A stretch of DNA of 64,000 nucleotides, taken from assembly GCA_963708135.1 (NCBI GenBank), contig OY970192.1, forward strand, positions 352,001 to 416,000, given 5' to 3'. Source of the DNA: an uncultured Gemmatimonadales bacterium. Lineage in GTDB: Bacteria; Gemmatimonadota; Gemmatimonadetes; Longimicrobiales; RSA9. The notes under the pieces were generated by a model. The model was not told the origin of the DNA. It searched no databases and worked only from the letters and a program-made list of their open reading frames with translations. Position 1 is the first letter of the stretch, and each line of letters starts with the position of its first letter. Positions 1 through 10,257 of the stretch are shown here, piece after piece. A program made the translations under genes and the position numbers.

Positions 1-2
1 CG

Positions 3-155
3 GTCGTGCCGCTCGTCTTCCTGCTGGCCTCCGTGGCCCTGCTCGCCAACGCGCTGGTCGAGCAGCCGGTCTCGACCGCGTTCGGCTTCGCCATCATCCT
101 GCTCGGCGTGCCCGTCTACTTCGGCTGGCAATGGGTGCGGGCGCGCCGGCCATGA
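3..155 (+). CDS. C-terminal end of a membrane transporter, probably an APC-family amino acid permease (5'-truncated by window)
   Basis: Frame from nt 3 reads VVPLVFLLASVALLANALVEQPVSTAFGFAIILLGVPVYFGW..., typical last TM helices of APC permeases; TGA overlaps the next ATG (ATGA). Confidence 0.65.
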   Translation, partial: VVPLVFLLASVALLANALVEQPVSTAFGFAIILLGVPVYFGWQWVRARRP

Positions 156-925
156 CCGAGTTCGCGCCCGCGCGGCCGGTCCGGGCCACGCTGGACCGGG
201 TGGGCGGCGGCGCGCTGCTGGCCTGGTCGGTCGCGCGCGCGCTGCCGCGGCCGCGCACCTACATGGCGAGCGCGCTGGACCAGGCCTACGCCATAGGCAT
301 CCGCTCGCTCCCCCTCGTCCTGATCATGGCCGCGCTGGGCGGCGCGGTGACCTCGCAGCAGTCCGGGGCGCAGTTCTCCGGTGGGCTGCCGCTCTGGGTG
401 ATCGGCAGCATCTCCGCCGCCAGCATCCTGACCGAGCTCGGGCCGGTGCTCACGGGCATGGTGCTGGTCGGGCGGATCGGCGCGAGCATCGCCGCCGAGC
501 TCGCCTCGATGAAGGTGACCGAGCAGATCGATGCGCTGAACGCCATGGGCCGCGATCCCATCCTCTTCCTGGTGGTGCCGCGCGTCGTGGCCGGGATGCT
601 GGTCGTGCCGCCGCTCGTCGTGCTCGCGGACGCCGTCTCCCTCGCCGCCGCCTGGCTGGTCGCGCTCGTGGCGGTGCCCGGCATGACGACCGCCACCTTC
701 CTGTACGGCGTGCGCTTCTACTTCTATCCTTTCGCGCTGGAGTTCAGCGTGATGAAGGGGGCGGCGTTCGGGCTGGCGATCACCTTCCTCGCGTGCGCGA
801 TCGGGCTCGAGGGCGGCGGCGGGGCGGAGGGCGTGGGGCGCACGACCACGCGGGCCGTCGTGGCCGCCACGCTGGCGCTGATGCTCGTGGACGTGGCGTT
901 CGCACCGCTCCTGAAGTACTTCTAG
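152..925 (+). CDS. mlaE: MlaE-family ABC permease
   Basis: ELGPVLTG...GRIGASIAAELASMKVTEQIDAL and GAEGVGRTTT motifs; followed by ATPase and MCE genes. Confidence 0.9.
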   Translation: MTEFAPARPVRATLDRVGGGALLAWSVARALPRPRTYMASALDQAYAIGIRSLPLVLIMAALGGAVTSQQSGAQFSGGLPLWVIGSISAASILTELGPVLTGMVLVGRIGASIAAELASMKVTEQIDALNAMGRDPILFLVVPRVVAGMLVVPPLVVLADAVSLAAAWLVALVAVPGMTTATFLYGVRFYFYPFALEFSVMKGAAFGLAITFLACAIGLEGGGGAEGVGRTTTRAVVAATLALMLVDVAFAPLLKYF

Positions 926-946
926 GCGGATCGGACGGGAGAGCAC

Positions 947-1699
947 GTGATCGAGTTCCGCGGCCTGGAGAAGCGCTTCGGCGCGAACGAGGTGCTGCGC
1001 GGTGTGGACCTCACGGTCCGCGAGGGGGAGACGCTCGCCCTGCTCGGTCCCTCCGGCTCGGGCAAGAGCGTGCTGCTCAAGTGCGCGATCGGGCTGCTGG
1101 ACCCCGATGCCGGCGACGTCTTCGTCGATGGCGTATCCATCGCGTCCGCGGGGGAGCGCGAGCTGCGCCGCGTGCGCCGCCGCGTCGGCTACGTCTTCCA
1201 GAACGCCGCGCTGTTCGACTCGCTGACCGTGGCCGAGAACCTCTGGCTGGCGCAGGACGACGGGCGCGGCGGGCGCGACATCGCCGGCGGCCGCGCCGAG
1301 GCGGTGGAGCTGCTGCGTCGCGTGAACCTGGATCCCTCCGTGCTCGGCCTGCGGCCGGCCGAGCTCTCGGGCGGGATGAAGAAGCGGGTCGGCGTGGCGC
1401 GCGCCATCGCCAGCCGGCCGGCGTACCTGCTGTGGGACGAGCCCACCACCGGGCTCGATCCCGTCAACGCGGACAACATCGACACGCTCATCGCGGAGCT
1501 CGGCCGCGAGCCGGGGGTGACCAGCATCGTCGTGACCCACGACCTGGACACCACCTTCGAGGTCGGCAACCGGATCGCGCTCCTCTACGAGGGCCGCATC
1601 CGCGCCTGCGCCTCGCCGGCCGACATCCTCGAGGACGAAGACCCCGTCGTGCGACGATTCGTGCGCCGGATGCGCGCCGATACGGCCCCTGCGGCCTGA
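947..1699 (+). CDS. mlaF: MlaF-family ABC ATP-binding protein
   Basis: Walker A GPSGSGKS, LSGGMKKR signature, DEPTTGLDP; GTG start. Confidence 0.9.
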   Translation: MIEFRGLEKRFGANEVLRGVDLTVREGETLALLGPSGSGKSVLLKCAIGLLDPDAGDVFVDGVSIASAGERELRRVRRRVGYVFQNAALFDSLTVAENLWLAQDDGRGGRDIAGGRAEAVELLRRVNLDPSVLGLRPAELSGGMKKRVGVARAIASRPAYLLWDEPTTGLDPVNADNIDTLIAELGREPGVTSIVVTHDLDTTFEVGNRIALLYEGRIRACASPADILEDEDPVVRRFVRRMRADTAPAA

Positions 1700-1709
1700 G
1701 GGAACGACC

Positions 1710-2582
1710 ATGGACAGACGCAAACGCAACATCACGGCGATCGGCGGCCTCGTGCTCGCCGGCGCAAGCGTGTTCATCTGGGGCTTCTACTACCTGCTCG
1801 GCACGCCGATCTTCGGCGGTGGCACCGGCATCTACGTCGAGATGCACGACGGCGCCGGCGTCAAGCGCGGCGACCCGGTCGAGCTGCAGGGCGTGCGCGT
1901 CGGCTCCGTCGGCGCGGTCCAGCTGCGCGCCGGCGCCGGCGTGCTGCTCGCGCTGCGCCTCGAGTACCCCGATCTCAAGGTCCCCGCCGACACCCGTGCC
2001 GCCGTCCGCGGCGACGTCTTCGGGGCCCACAGCGTCCAGCTCCTGCCCGGCTCCGCCCTCGTCCGCCTCGAGGAAGGCGACACCATCCGCGGCGCCCGCG
2101 AGGCCCAGCTGCCCGACCTCGCCGCCGAGCTCGGCGGCCGCGCCCGCGCCGTCCTTGCCGGCGCCGACTCGCTGCTCTCGCCCGCCGCCATCCGCGACGT
2201 ACACGAGACCGCCGCCGCCCTCCCCGCCGGCGCGCAGGAGCTGCGCGCCGCCTTCGTCGAGCTGCACGCCGCCGCCGCGGCGCTGCACCGCACCTCCGAG
2301 GGCGTCGAGAAAGCCGGCACCGCCGACGCCATGACCAGCGCGCTCGGCCAGGTCGAGGAGAGCGCCCGCGCCCTCACCACTGCGGCCAACACCATGAACC
2401 GCTCCCTCGACTCCTTCGCCTCGATCATGCAGAAGGTCGACTCCGGCCAGGGAACGCTGGGGCGGCTGGTCAACGACTCCACTCTCTACCGGGACCTGCA
2501 CGAGACAGTGCGCGAGGTCGGCGCCCTCGCCACCGACATGCGCGTGCGGCCCGGAAGGTACGTCACCATCAAGGTATTCTGA
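1710..2582 (+). CDS. mlaD: MlaD/MCE-domain protein
   Basis: N-terminal TM, GVKRGDPVELQGVRVGSV MCE motif, helical tail ending GQGTLGRLVND. Confidence 0.85.
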   Translation: MDRRKRNITAIGGLVLAGASVFIWGFYYLLGTPIFGGGTGIYVEMHDGAGVKRGDPVELQGVRVGSVGAVQLRAGAGVLLALRLEYPDLKVPADTRAAVRGDVFGAHSVQLLPGSALVRLEEGDTIRGAREAQLPDLAAELGGRARAVLAGADSLLSPAAIRDVHETAAALPAGAQELRAAFVELHAAAAALHRTSEGVEKAGTADAMTSALGQVEESARALTTAANTMNRSLDSFASIMQKVDSGQGTLGRLVNDSTLYRDLHETVREVGALATDMRVRPGRYVTIKVF

Positions 2583-2730
2583 CCCCCGCCGGCCGCCGCC
2601 GCGGCGGCCGGGAATCTCCGGCACGCGGATTGCCACGCTGCCGGCGCGCTCGCGACGGGCGGCCCCACGGGCTCCGCCCCGCGCGGGCTCCCCGCCTCCA
2701 CCGGCTCCCCGCACCCGGAGGCGCACCTTC

Positions 2731-3009
2731 ATGAAGTCGCTGGATCGGCAGTCCCGCTCCGCCGACGCGGTGACCATCCGCCGCCTCGCCGCCGAAGGCG
2801 GCTTCTGGCGCGTCCGCGTCGAGACCTGGCGCTCCGACGCCGGCCAGTACGCCGGCCGCATTGGCTTCGAGCCCGAGGGTTCCGTCAGCCGCGACCCGCC
2901 ACGCTGGTGCGCCGCCAACCTCCACGCCACCCGCGTGGAGGAGATGGTCGCCGCCGCGCACGACGTCCCGGAATCGAGACTGCGCCGGCTGCTCCACTCG
3001 CTCGCCTGA
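2731..3009 (+). CDS. hypothetical protein (92 aa)
   Basis: GGAGG RBS upstream, host-like codon usage. Confidence 0.65.
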   Translation: MKSLDRQSRSADAVTIRRLAAEGGFWRVRVETWRSDAGQYAGRIGFEPEGSVSRDPPRWCAANLHATRVEEMVAAAHDVPESRLRRLLHSLA

Positions 3010-3268
3010 GCCGGCCGCCCGGCGGACTCCCGGCGCGCGCGCAACCCGGGGCGGCGGCCTCACGCCGCCCGGCGCGTTCGGCCCGTGGAGCCTCGGCACG
3101 CGCGGTCCCGCCCGCAGCGCCGCCCGCGCCCCGGTAGCCGGGCCGCGCGGCACGGCAGGGTCCCCCATTCTGGGCGCGGTCCCGCGCGTCTTCCTCGCCC
3201 TCGGCACGGGTTTGATTCTTGCGCTTCCGGGAAGGTGTTGGAAGGCAAGTTTGCAGGGGAGGTATCAA

Positions 3269-3544
3269 ATGCTGTTCGCCATTCTCGCACTGGTCACGAT
3301 CTCGGTGGCCGTGCTCCTCGGATTCTATCTCTGGCGCGTCCCGGAGAGCGCCCTGTGCCCCCGCTGCGGCCGGCCGACGCAGGCGGAGCCGCCGGACGGC
3401 TCGGCGCTGCGCTGGAACTGGCCGGTGGAGCAGCTCACGGCGGCGGCCGCATGCCCGCACTGTGGCTGGCACGGCCGGACACGGCGGGCGCCGCAGGCGC
3501 AGGCGGTGCGAAGCGGCCCGGGCGCTGGAAAGGCAGGCCGCTGA
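3269..3544 (+). CDS. small membrane-anchored zinc-ribbon protein
   Basis: GGAGG RBS, N-terminal TM helix, CPRCG...CPHCG pairs. Confidence 0.65.
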   Translation: MLFAILALVTISVAVLLGFYLWRVPESALCPRCGRPTQAEPPDGSALRWNWPVEQLTAAAACPHCGWHGRTRRAPQAQAVRSGPGAGKAGR

Positions 3545-3876
3545 TGATGGGGACCGGCCTTCGTATCGTGCTGCTGGTATTCGCGCTGGTCGGGTTCGCG
3601 GGTGCGGGCGCCTCGTTGGCGGTCTCGCGCTACCGGCAATGGTCGGATGGCGAGCGCGACGTCGGGATGCTGGGAGTGGCGGCGATGCTGCTGGTATTCG
3701 GAATTCTGTGCACGGCCGTGGCTGCGGGGCTCACGGGCGTGATCGCGTTTGGAGGGGTGGCCTCCTGGGCGAGCTACGTGCTCATGGCGCAGCACCTGGG
3801 CGTCTTCCGCGTCGAGGCGCGCGATGCGCCCTGGACGCACGAGGAGCGTACGGAAGAGCCCCGCTCGCTCACCTGA
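3544..3876 (+). CDS. small integral membrane protein
   Basis: TGATG coupling to the upstream gene; about three hydrophobic segments. Confidence 0.65.
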   Translation: MMGTGLRIVLLVFALVGFAGAGASLAVSRYRQWSDGERDVGMLGVAAMLLVFGILCTAVAAGLTGVIAFGGVASWASYVLMAQHLGVFRVEARDAPWTHEERTEEPRSLT

Positions 3877-4705
3877 ATAGAGGGGAGCACCTTCGGCGGA
3901 CGTCGTGTCGGCGCAGATCGGCCGTCCGCTGGAGGAGCATGGGGACGGTGTGCGTCTCCATGATTCCCGCGAGGGCATAGCCGCGGCTCGCGGTGCGCAC
4001 GGCTTCCTCGGACGCCGGCGCCCGCGGGCCGCGGCGGTTTTCATCCGGGTACGCCGAGGCGGCCCAGGCCAGCGCGGGCAGGACGGCCGCCGAGACGAGG
4101 CGGGGCGCCACGAAGACGACCTCGAAGCGGGCCAGGCTGCCCGCGCCGCGATGGCGTGTGTCGCCGGTGAGGAGGAGCGCCGCCGTCGCCATCCGGGCGA
4201 TGTCGTCGCGACTGCGGCGCGCGGCGTCCTGCGCTCGGCCCTGCTCGAGCGCCGTCTGCACCGCGCCGCCGCCCTCCTCCACCCAGCGCAGCAGCCGGTC
4301 GGCGCAGAAGACGGCGTCGGCCGGGGTGAAGCGCAGGCGGAGCGGCGGGGCGCCGGGGGGCCAGAGCGGGATGGCGTCGCGGCAGGCATCGACGAGCATC
4401 GGCGTGCGGCGTCCACGACGCAACTCGCGCGTGGTCACGGTCCACGTCTCGATCGGCACGTGCGTCCGCCCGGCGACGGCGGCGGCCTCGGCCTCGATGG
4501 CGCGCGCGGCCTCGTCGCGGTGGCGGGGCGGCACGCGGCAGAGGAAGAGCAGGTCGAGGTCGGAGGCGCGGTCGTGCGCGCGCCGGGCGCGGGAGCCGAA
4601 CAGCGAGACCTGGTCGGTGCCGAGCTCCGGCCGGGCGAGGACGCGGGCGAGGAGCCGGTCTACGGCCTCGATCTCGCGCGCGGCGAGAGCGGGGTACCCC
4701 CTCAC
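3869..4705 (-). CDS. nucleotidyltransferase (MNT) domain fused to a HEPN-like domain
   Basis: LFGSRARRAHDRASDLDLLF (GS-x10-DxD) motif; C-half ATAALLLTGDTRHRGAGSLARFEVVFV resembles HEPN helices; GTG start overlaps upstream stop. Confidence 0.65.
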   Translation of the reverse strand: MRGYPALAAREIEAVDRLLARVLARPELGTDQVSLFGSRARRAHDRASDLDLLFLCRVPPRHRDEAARAIEAEAAAVAGRTHVPIETWTVTTRELRRGRRTPMLVDACRDAIPLWPPGAPPLRLRFTPADAVFCADRLLRWVEEGGGAVQTALEQGRAQDAARRSRDDIARMATAALLLTGDTRHRGAGSLARFEVVFVAPRLVSAAVLPALAWAASAYPDENRRGPRAPASEEAVRTASRGYALAGIMETHTVPMLLQRTADLRRHDVRRRCSPLFR

Positions 4706-5604
4706 GCGTCCCCCGCCTCGCCGGGCGCGCGGTCCGCGGGTGGGCCGAAGAGCTCGTGCGGGTCGAAGCGCGCCTGGTCGTAGAAGGCGCCCTCGTCCAT
4801 CTCGGCCCGGAATCGCTCCACGAGCGCGCGCTCGAGACCCTCCTCGAGCGCCTCTCCGCCGTATGCCGGGAGGCGGGGCAGGGAGCGGGCGCTGAGCCCC
4901 GCCACCCGGACCGCGTGGCGGCGCGGCTCGAGATGCGCGAAGCCGACCGGCACGAGCAGTCGGCGCGGTTCCATCTCCCCGCCGCCGGGCTCGTCCTCCA
5001 GCGCGCACACCAGGTGGCGCACCTTCATGGCCTCCATGTCCACGATCAGCTCCTCCACCACGCCGACCCGCTCACCGTCGGCCTGGAGCACGGTCCACCC
5101 GCGCGGGTCCGGCTCGCCCTGCGCCACGTCCAGGTCCGGGCGCTCGGAGAGCGTGGCCAGCCGCGAGGCGACGGAGACGTGGTCCTCGAGCTCCGAGGGG
5201 CCGTAGACGGCGCCGGCCCAGGCGGGGCGGGGGGCGTGGGACTCGCGCGCCAGCGCGGATGTGTAGCCCGCCAGCACGCCCTGCTCGTCCTCGCGCGTGA
5301 GCGATCCGGGCTCGTGCGCGTAGGCGGTCAGCGCCTCGAGCTGGTCCATTGCCAGGCCGGGGATCCAGACCAGGCGCCGGGCGGGGTCCGCCCGCGCGTG
5401 GCCGACCGGCAGCAGGATGTGCTTGTCGAAGAGTCCCAGGTCCACATCCAGGTAGCGGCAGATTCCGTCGCCGTCGAGCAACAGGTCGTGCACCGCGCCG
5501 GCGTGCGCGTCGTCGATCAGCGTCCGGACCTCCCACTCGCGGACGTCGTAGGTGCCGTCCGGGAAAACGTAGTCCTGCCGGCCCGAGATCGGATCGAGGC
5601 CCAT
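4702..5604 (-). CDS. tandem PRC-barrel domain protein
   Basis: Two repeats of DVREWEV/DPRGWTV...G.V..L..D......RYL/RHL...LLPVG/LVPVG; GGAGGAGG RBS. Confidence 0.8.
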   Translation of the reverse strand: MGLDPISGRQDYVFPDGTYDVREWEVRTLIDDAHAGAVHDLLLDGDGICRYLDVDLGLFDKHILLPVGHARADPARRLVWIPGLAMDQLEALTAYAHEPGSLTREDEQGVLAGYTSALARESHAPRPAWAGAVYGPSELEDHVSVASRLATLSERPDLDVAQGEPDPRGWTVLQADGERVGVVEELIVDMEAMKVRHLVCALEDEPGGGEMEPRRLLVPVGFAHLEPRRHAVRVAGLSARSLPRLPAYGGEALEEGLERALVERFRAEMDEGAFYDQARFDPHELFGPPADRAPGEAGDA

Positions 5605-5760
5605 GGGTCCTCCTCCGCGGCCGCCGCGGCGCGCGCCGGCGGGCCGCGCGTTGTCATCGTGGCTGGAGCGCCGAGGGCGGCGGGGGCAAGAGACGTTCCA
5701 CCCCCCGCCGGGCGCGCACGACTCCCTTGTGCGGTGGTGGGGGGGCGCCTCTCTTTCATC

Positions 5761-6897
5761 ATGATCCTCGTCGCTCCCACAGCCTTCAAGGGTTCTCTCG
5801 GCGCCGCGCAGGCTTCGGCCGCCTTCGCCGCGGGCGCGCGCCGCTGCCGGCCCGAGGAGGAGGTGCTGGAGCGTCCGGTCTCCGACGGCGGCCCCGGGCT
5901 CCTCGATGCGCTCGCCGCCGGGCTCGAGCCGGGGCTCCTCCTGCACACCGAGCAGGTCGAGGTCACGGGTCCGCTCGGCGAGCCGGTGACCGCGCGCATC
6001 CTGCGCGGCCACAGCCTGGCGGTGGTCGAGAGCGCCGACGCGTGCGGCCTCGCGCTGATCCCCGAGGGCCGGCGCAACCCGCTGCTCAGCACCAGCCGGG
6101 GCGTGGGCGAGCTGCTCCTCGCCGCGGCGAAGCCGCGCGGCGGCGCGGCGCCGACCCTCGTGGTCGTGGGCCTGGGCGGCTCGGGCACGGTGGACGGCGG
6201 CGCGGGCGCCGCGCAGGCGCTCGGCTGGGGCCTCGTGACCATGGCCGGCCGGCCGATCCAGCCGGGCGGCTCCGGGTTGGAGCGGTTGGGCGCGATCGAG
6301 CCGCCGCCGCCGGACATGGCCCTCGGCCCGTACGCCCGCGGCACGGGCGTATCGCCCGCCCTCATCGCGCTCGCGGACGTCCGCAACCCGCTCCTCGGGA
6401 CCGACGGCGCGGCGCGCGTGTTCGGCCCGCAGAAGGGTGCGACGCCAGAGGGCGTGGTCCGGCTGGAGGACGCGCTCGAGCGCCTGGCGCGCGTGATCCG
6501 GCGCGACCTCGGGATGGACGTGCGCGGGCTCGAGGGTGGCGGCGCCGCCGGCGGGATGGGCGCGGGGCTCGTCGCCTTCGCGGGAGCGCGGCTGGCGCGT
6601 GGAAGCGAGTGGCTGCTCGAGGCGCTCGGCTTCGACGCGCTGCTGGCGCGCGCGCGTCTGCTCGTCACCGGCGAGGGCGCCTGGGACGCGCAGAGCGGGA
6701 TGGGCAAGGTGACGGGCGTGCTCGCGGCCCGCGCGCGGGAGAGCGGCGTTCCCGTCCTGCTGGTGTGCGGCTCGATCCACGGCCCGCCGCCGGCGGGTGC
6801 GCTGGCGCTGGACGGCGGCGGGCGCCGCCTCGATGCGGCCGCGCTCGAGGACCTCGTGGCCGAGGGCTGCCGCTGGCTGACGGTCCACCCGCACTGA
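5761..6897 (+). CDS. glxK: glycerate kinase (GlxK/GarK family)
   Basis: [45 protein letters not shown] motifs. Confidence 0.88.
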   Translation: MILVAPTAFKGSLGAAQASAAFAAGARRCRPEEEVLERPVSDGGPGLLDALAAGLEPGLLLHTEQVEVTGPLGEPVTARILRGHSLAVVESADACGLALIPEGRRNPLLSTSRGVGELLLAAAKPRGGAAPTLVVVGLGGSGTVDGGAGAAQALGWGLVTMAGRPIQPGGSGLERLGAIEPPPPDMALGPYARGTGVSPALIALADVRNPLLGTDGAARVFGPQKGATPEGVVRLEDALERLARVIRRDLGMDVRGLEGGGAAGGMGAGLVAFAGARLARGSEWLLEALGFDALLARARLLVTGEGAWDAQSGMGKVTGVLAARARESGVPVLLVCGSIHGPPPAGALALDGGGRRLDAAALEDLVAEGCRWLTVHPH

Positions 6898-7138
6898 TCG
6901 GTGCCTCCCGGTCACGCGGACCACCCTTCGGGGATCTCTCTCGCGGGTTCATCGCCTCCGATGGAGCCGGCGCCGCCTCGGTTGCACGCCGGGGCGGCGC
7001 CCGCGTAACTTGCTGCGCCGCGGCCCCGGGCGGAGCGCCGCGGCGGCCTGCAGCGCGGCGGGGGCGGTCCTGCCGGGCGCGACCGGCCGCCGGCGCGGCG
7101 GGGCGGGCGGCCCTCTCCCGAGAGATCGAGCGAGCCGA

Positions 7139-8461
7139 ATGGCCAACCAGACCGACCTGATGGACAAGCTGGTGTCCCTGTGCAAGCGCAGGGGCTACGT
7201 GTACCAGTCCTCGGAGATCTACGGGGGCACGGGCTCCGTGTGGGACTACGGGCCGCTGGGCGTGGAGCTGAAGCGCAACATCCAGGACGCCTGGTGGCGC
7301 GCGATGGTGCACGGACGCGACGACATCGAGGGGCTGGACGCGGCCATCCTGATGCACCCGCGCGTGTGGGAGGCGAGCGGCCACGTGGCCGGCTTCACCG
7401 ATCCGCTGGTCGAGTGCTCCAGCTGCCACCGTCGCTTTCGGGCGGACAGCCCCGACCTGGAGAAGAACCAGTGCCCTGTGTGCGGCACGCGGGACTCGTT
7501 CACCGAGCCCCGCCTCTTCAACCTCATGTTCAAGACGTTCATGGGGCCGGTCGAGGAGGATGCCGCCGTGGTCTACCTCCGGCCGGAGACCGCGCAGGGC
7601 AGCTACGTCAACTTCCAGAACGTGCTGACCAGCAGCCGGCAGCGCATCCCCTTCGGCATCGCCCAGGTCGGCAAGGCGTTCCGCAACGAGATCACGCCCG
7701 GCAACTTCATCTTCCGCACGCGCGAGTTCGAGCAGATGGAGATGCAGTTCTTCGTCGAGCCCGGCACGGACGACGAGTGGTTCGAGTACTGGAAGGCCGC
7801 CCGCCTGGAGTGGCACGAGGCGCTCGGCATCAGCGCGAAGCGGCTGCGCTTCCACGAGCACGGGCCCGACGAGCTGGCCCACTACGCCAAGCGCGCCTTC
7901 GACATCCAGTACGAGTTCCCCTTCGGCTGGCAGGAGTTCGAGGGCATCCACAACCGCACCGACTTCGACCTGCGCCGCCATCAGGAATACTCCGGCAAGA
8001 AGCTCGAGTACGTCGATCCCGTGGACCGCGACAAGCGCTACCTCCCCTACGTCATCGAGACCGCCGTCGGCCTCGGCCGCACCTTCCTCGTCGTCCTCGC
8101 CGACGCCTACCGCGAGGAGGAGGTCGAGGGCGAGAGCCGCGTCGTGCTCGGGCTGCACCCGCGCCTCGCCCCCATCAAGGTGGCCGTCTTCCCGCTGGTG
8201 AAGAAGGACGGCATGCCCGAGATCGCGACGCGGCTCCACGCCGCCTTCCGCGCCGCCGGCGTGAACTCCTTCTACGACGACAGCGGCTCGATCGGCCGGC
8301 GCTACCGCCGCCAGGACGAGGCGGGCACGCCGTTCGGCATCACCGTCGACGGCCAGACCGCCGAGGACCAGACCGTCACCGTGCGCGACCGCGACACGCT
8401 CGCGCAGGACCGCGTCGCCATCGACCGGCTCGTGGAGCATATCCGGGACAGGCTGGCGTAG
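7139..8461 (+). CDS. glyQS: glycine--tRNA ligase, homodimeric (alpha2) type
   Basis: [47 protein letters not shown]. Confidence 0.95.
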   Translation: MANQTDLMDKLVSLCKRRGYVYQSSEIYGGTGSVWDYGPLGVELKRNIQDAWWRAMVHGRDDIEGLDAAILMHPRVWEASGHVAGFTDPLVECSSCHRRFRADSPDLEKNQCPVCGTRDSFTEPRLFNLMFKTFMGPVEEDAAVVYLRPETAQGSYVNFQNVLTSSRQRIPFGIAQVGKAFRNEITPGNFIFRTREFEQMEMQFFVEPGTDDEWFEYWKAARLEWHEALGISAKRLRFHEHGPDELAHYAKRAFDIQYEFPFGWQEFEGIHNRTDFDLRRHQEYSGKKLEYVDPVDRDKRYLPYVIETAVGLGRTFLVVLADAYREEEVEGESRVVLGLHPRLAPIKVAVFPLVKKDGMPEIATRLHAAFRAAGVNSFYDDSGSIGRRYRRQDEAGTPFGITVDGQTAEDQTVTVRDRDTLAQDRVAIDRLVEHIRDRLA

Positions 8462-8473
8462 CGCGGAACGGCA

Positions 8474-8734
8474 GGAGTGGGCGAGCGGGAGAGGTACGCT
8501 CGCCGGGCGCGGGACGGCAAGAGTGGGAGAGTGGGCGAGCGGGAGAGTGGGGGAGCTTCGCGGGCACCGCACCTGCCGGTCGCTCGACTGGCGGTGGGCC
8601 CCTCGGGGCCGCGGCGGGTTCCGGCGCCGGGCACGGCGCGCGGCGGGACGGGCGGGCGAAGCGCGTGGCGCCCGGTGAGCGCGCGGCGTGGAGAGGCGGG
8701 CCGCGCGCTTCCACTCCCCCACTCCCGCAGCTCC
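8474..8734. repeat. octamer tandem repeats (GGGAGAGT/GGGCGAGC) with a complementary CCACTCCC cluster
   Basis: Repeats at 8474-8556 and reverse-complement-like ccactcccccactcccgc from 8711. Confidence 0.6.
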
Positions 8735-8793
8735 GGGGCGAGTAGCGGACGAATCGGAGATCCCTGCCGGCACCGAACAGACGAGGCAACGGA

Positions 8794-10251
8794 ATGGAGC
8801 GCTTTTCCAGCCGCTGGGGGATGATGGCGGCCATGCTCGGCATGGCGGTCGGGACGGGCAACATCTGGCGCTTCCCGCGCATCGTGGCCACGAGCGGCGG
8901 CGGCTCGTTCCTCGTCGCCTGGGTCGTGTTCCTGCTCATCTGGTCGGTGCCGCTGATCCTCGTGGAGTTCGCCATGGGCCGCGCCACGCGCTACGGCACC
9001 GTGGGCGCGTTCGCGCGGCTGGTGGGGCGCCGCTACGCGTGGATGGGGGCGTGGGTGGCCTGGGTCGCCATCGCGATCATGTGCTACTACGCGGTGGTGA
9101 CGGGGTGGACGATCCGCTATCTGCTGGGCTCGATCTCGGGCGAGCTGTCGGGGGCGCAGCCGGGGGCGCTGTGGAGCCGCTTCGCCTTCACGCCGGCCGT
9201 GCTCTGGTACCAGGGCGCGGCACTGCTGCTGGGGCTGGTGGTGGTCGTGCGTGGGGTGAAGGGGATCGAGGCGGCGGGGCGGGTGCTGATTCCCACCCTG
9301 TTCGTGCTGGTCATCGCGCTGGCGATCCGCGCCGTGACGCTTCCGGGCGCCTCGCGCGGGCTGGACTTCATGTTCACCCCGAAATGGGCCGAGCTGGCCG
9401 ACTACCGCATCTGGCTCGGGGCGCTGACGCAGAACGCCTGGGACACCGGCGCCGGCTGGGGGCTGATCCTGACGTACGCGATCTACCTGCGGAAGAACGA
9501 GGACACGACGCTGAACGCGTTCATGCTCGGCTTCGGTAACAACACCGTCTCGCTGCTGGCGGGGATCATGGTGCTGTGCACGGTGTTCTCGATCATGCCG
9601 GACGCGGGCAGCCAGATCGTGGGCGCGGGCAACGAGGGCATCACCTTCATCTGGGTGCCGCAGCTCTTCGCGCGCATGCCCGCGGGCCGCGTCTTCATGG
9701 TGTTCTTCTTCCTCGCCCTCTTCTTCGCGGCATGGTCGAGCCTGATCTCGATGATCGAGCTGGCCACGCGCGTGCTCGTGGACGGTGGCATGGCGCGCGG
9801 GCGGGCGATCGCGCTCGTCGGCATCGTGGGCTTCCTCGTCGGCGTCCCCTCCGCCCTCAGCAGCGATACCTTCCACGGGCAGGACTTCATCTGGGGGGTC
9901 GGCCTCATGGTCTCCGGCCTCTTCTTCGCCATCGTGGTGCTGCGCTACGGCGTGCGCCGCTTCCGCGAGACGCTCATGAACACCGCGGGCGCGGACCTCC
10001 GCATCGGCGTGTGGTGGGACTGGACCATCTGGCTCGTGATCGTGCAGGCCGTGGCGCTCATCGCATGGTGGCTCTGGCAGGTCCGCACCGAGCCCGCGTT
10101 CGCCTACGACGGCATCGGCACCATGCTGCTGCAGTGGGGCGTGGCGCTCGTGGTGGTCCTCGCCCTGAACGGCTGGATGGTGCGCCGCACCCGCCCCGAG
10201 ATCGAGCGCGAGAGGGCGCCCGAAGGCGAGATGCCCGCCTCCATCCCCTGA
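8794..10251 (+). CDS. sodium-dependent transporter, NSS/SNF family
   Basis: RFSSRWG...GMAVGTGNIWRFP, GGGSF, KGIE motifs; many TM helices. Confidence 0.92.
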   Translation: MERFSSRWGMMAAMLGMAVGTGNIWRFPRIVATSGGGSFLVAWVVFLLIWSVPLILVEFAMGRATRYGTVGAFARLVGRRYAWMGAWVAWVAIAIMCYYAVVTGWTIRYLLGSISGELSGAQPGALWSRFAFTPAVLWYQGAALLLGLVVVVRGVKGIEAAGRVLIPTLFVLVIALAIRAVTLPGASRGLDFMFTPKWAELADYRIWLGALTQNAWDTGAGWGLILTYAIYLRKNEDTTLNAFMLGFGNNTVSLLAGIMVLCTVFSIMPDAGSQIVGAGNEGITFIWVPQLFARMPAGRVFMVFFFLALFFAAWSSLISMIELATRVLVDGGMARGRAIALVGIVGFLVGVPSALSSDTFHGQDFIWGVGLMVSGLFFAIVVLRYGVRRFRETLMNTAGADLRIGVWWDWTIWLVIVQAVALIAWWLWQVRTEPAFAYDGIGTMLLQWGVALVVVLALNGWMVRRTRPEIERERAPEGEMPASIP

Positions 10252-10257
10252 ACGCGG

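Noticed and set aside
4702..5604. Photosynthetic reaction-centre H subunit (puhA)
   Set aside because: Two PRC barrels, no N-terminal TM helix and no photosynthesis genes nearby.
6898..7138. T-box or riboswitch upstream of glyQS (likewise upstream of trpS)
   Set aside because: No T-box consensus or other recognisable riboswitch motif; only GC-rich hairpins.
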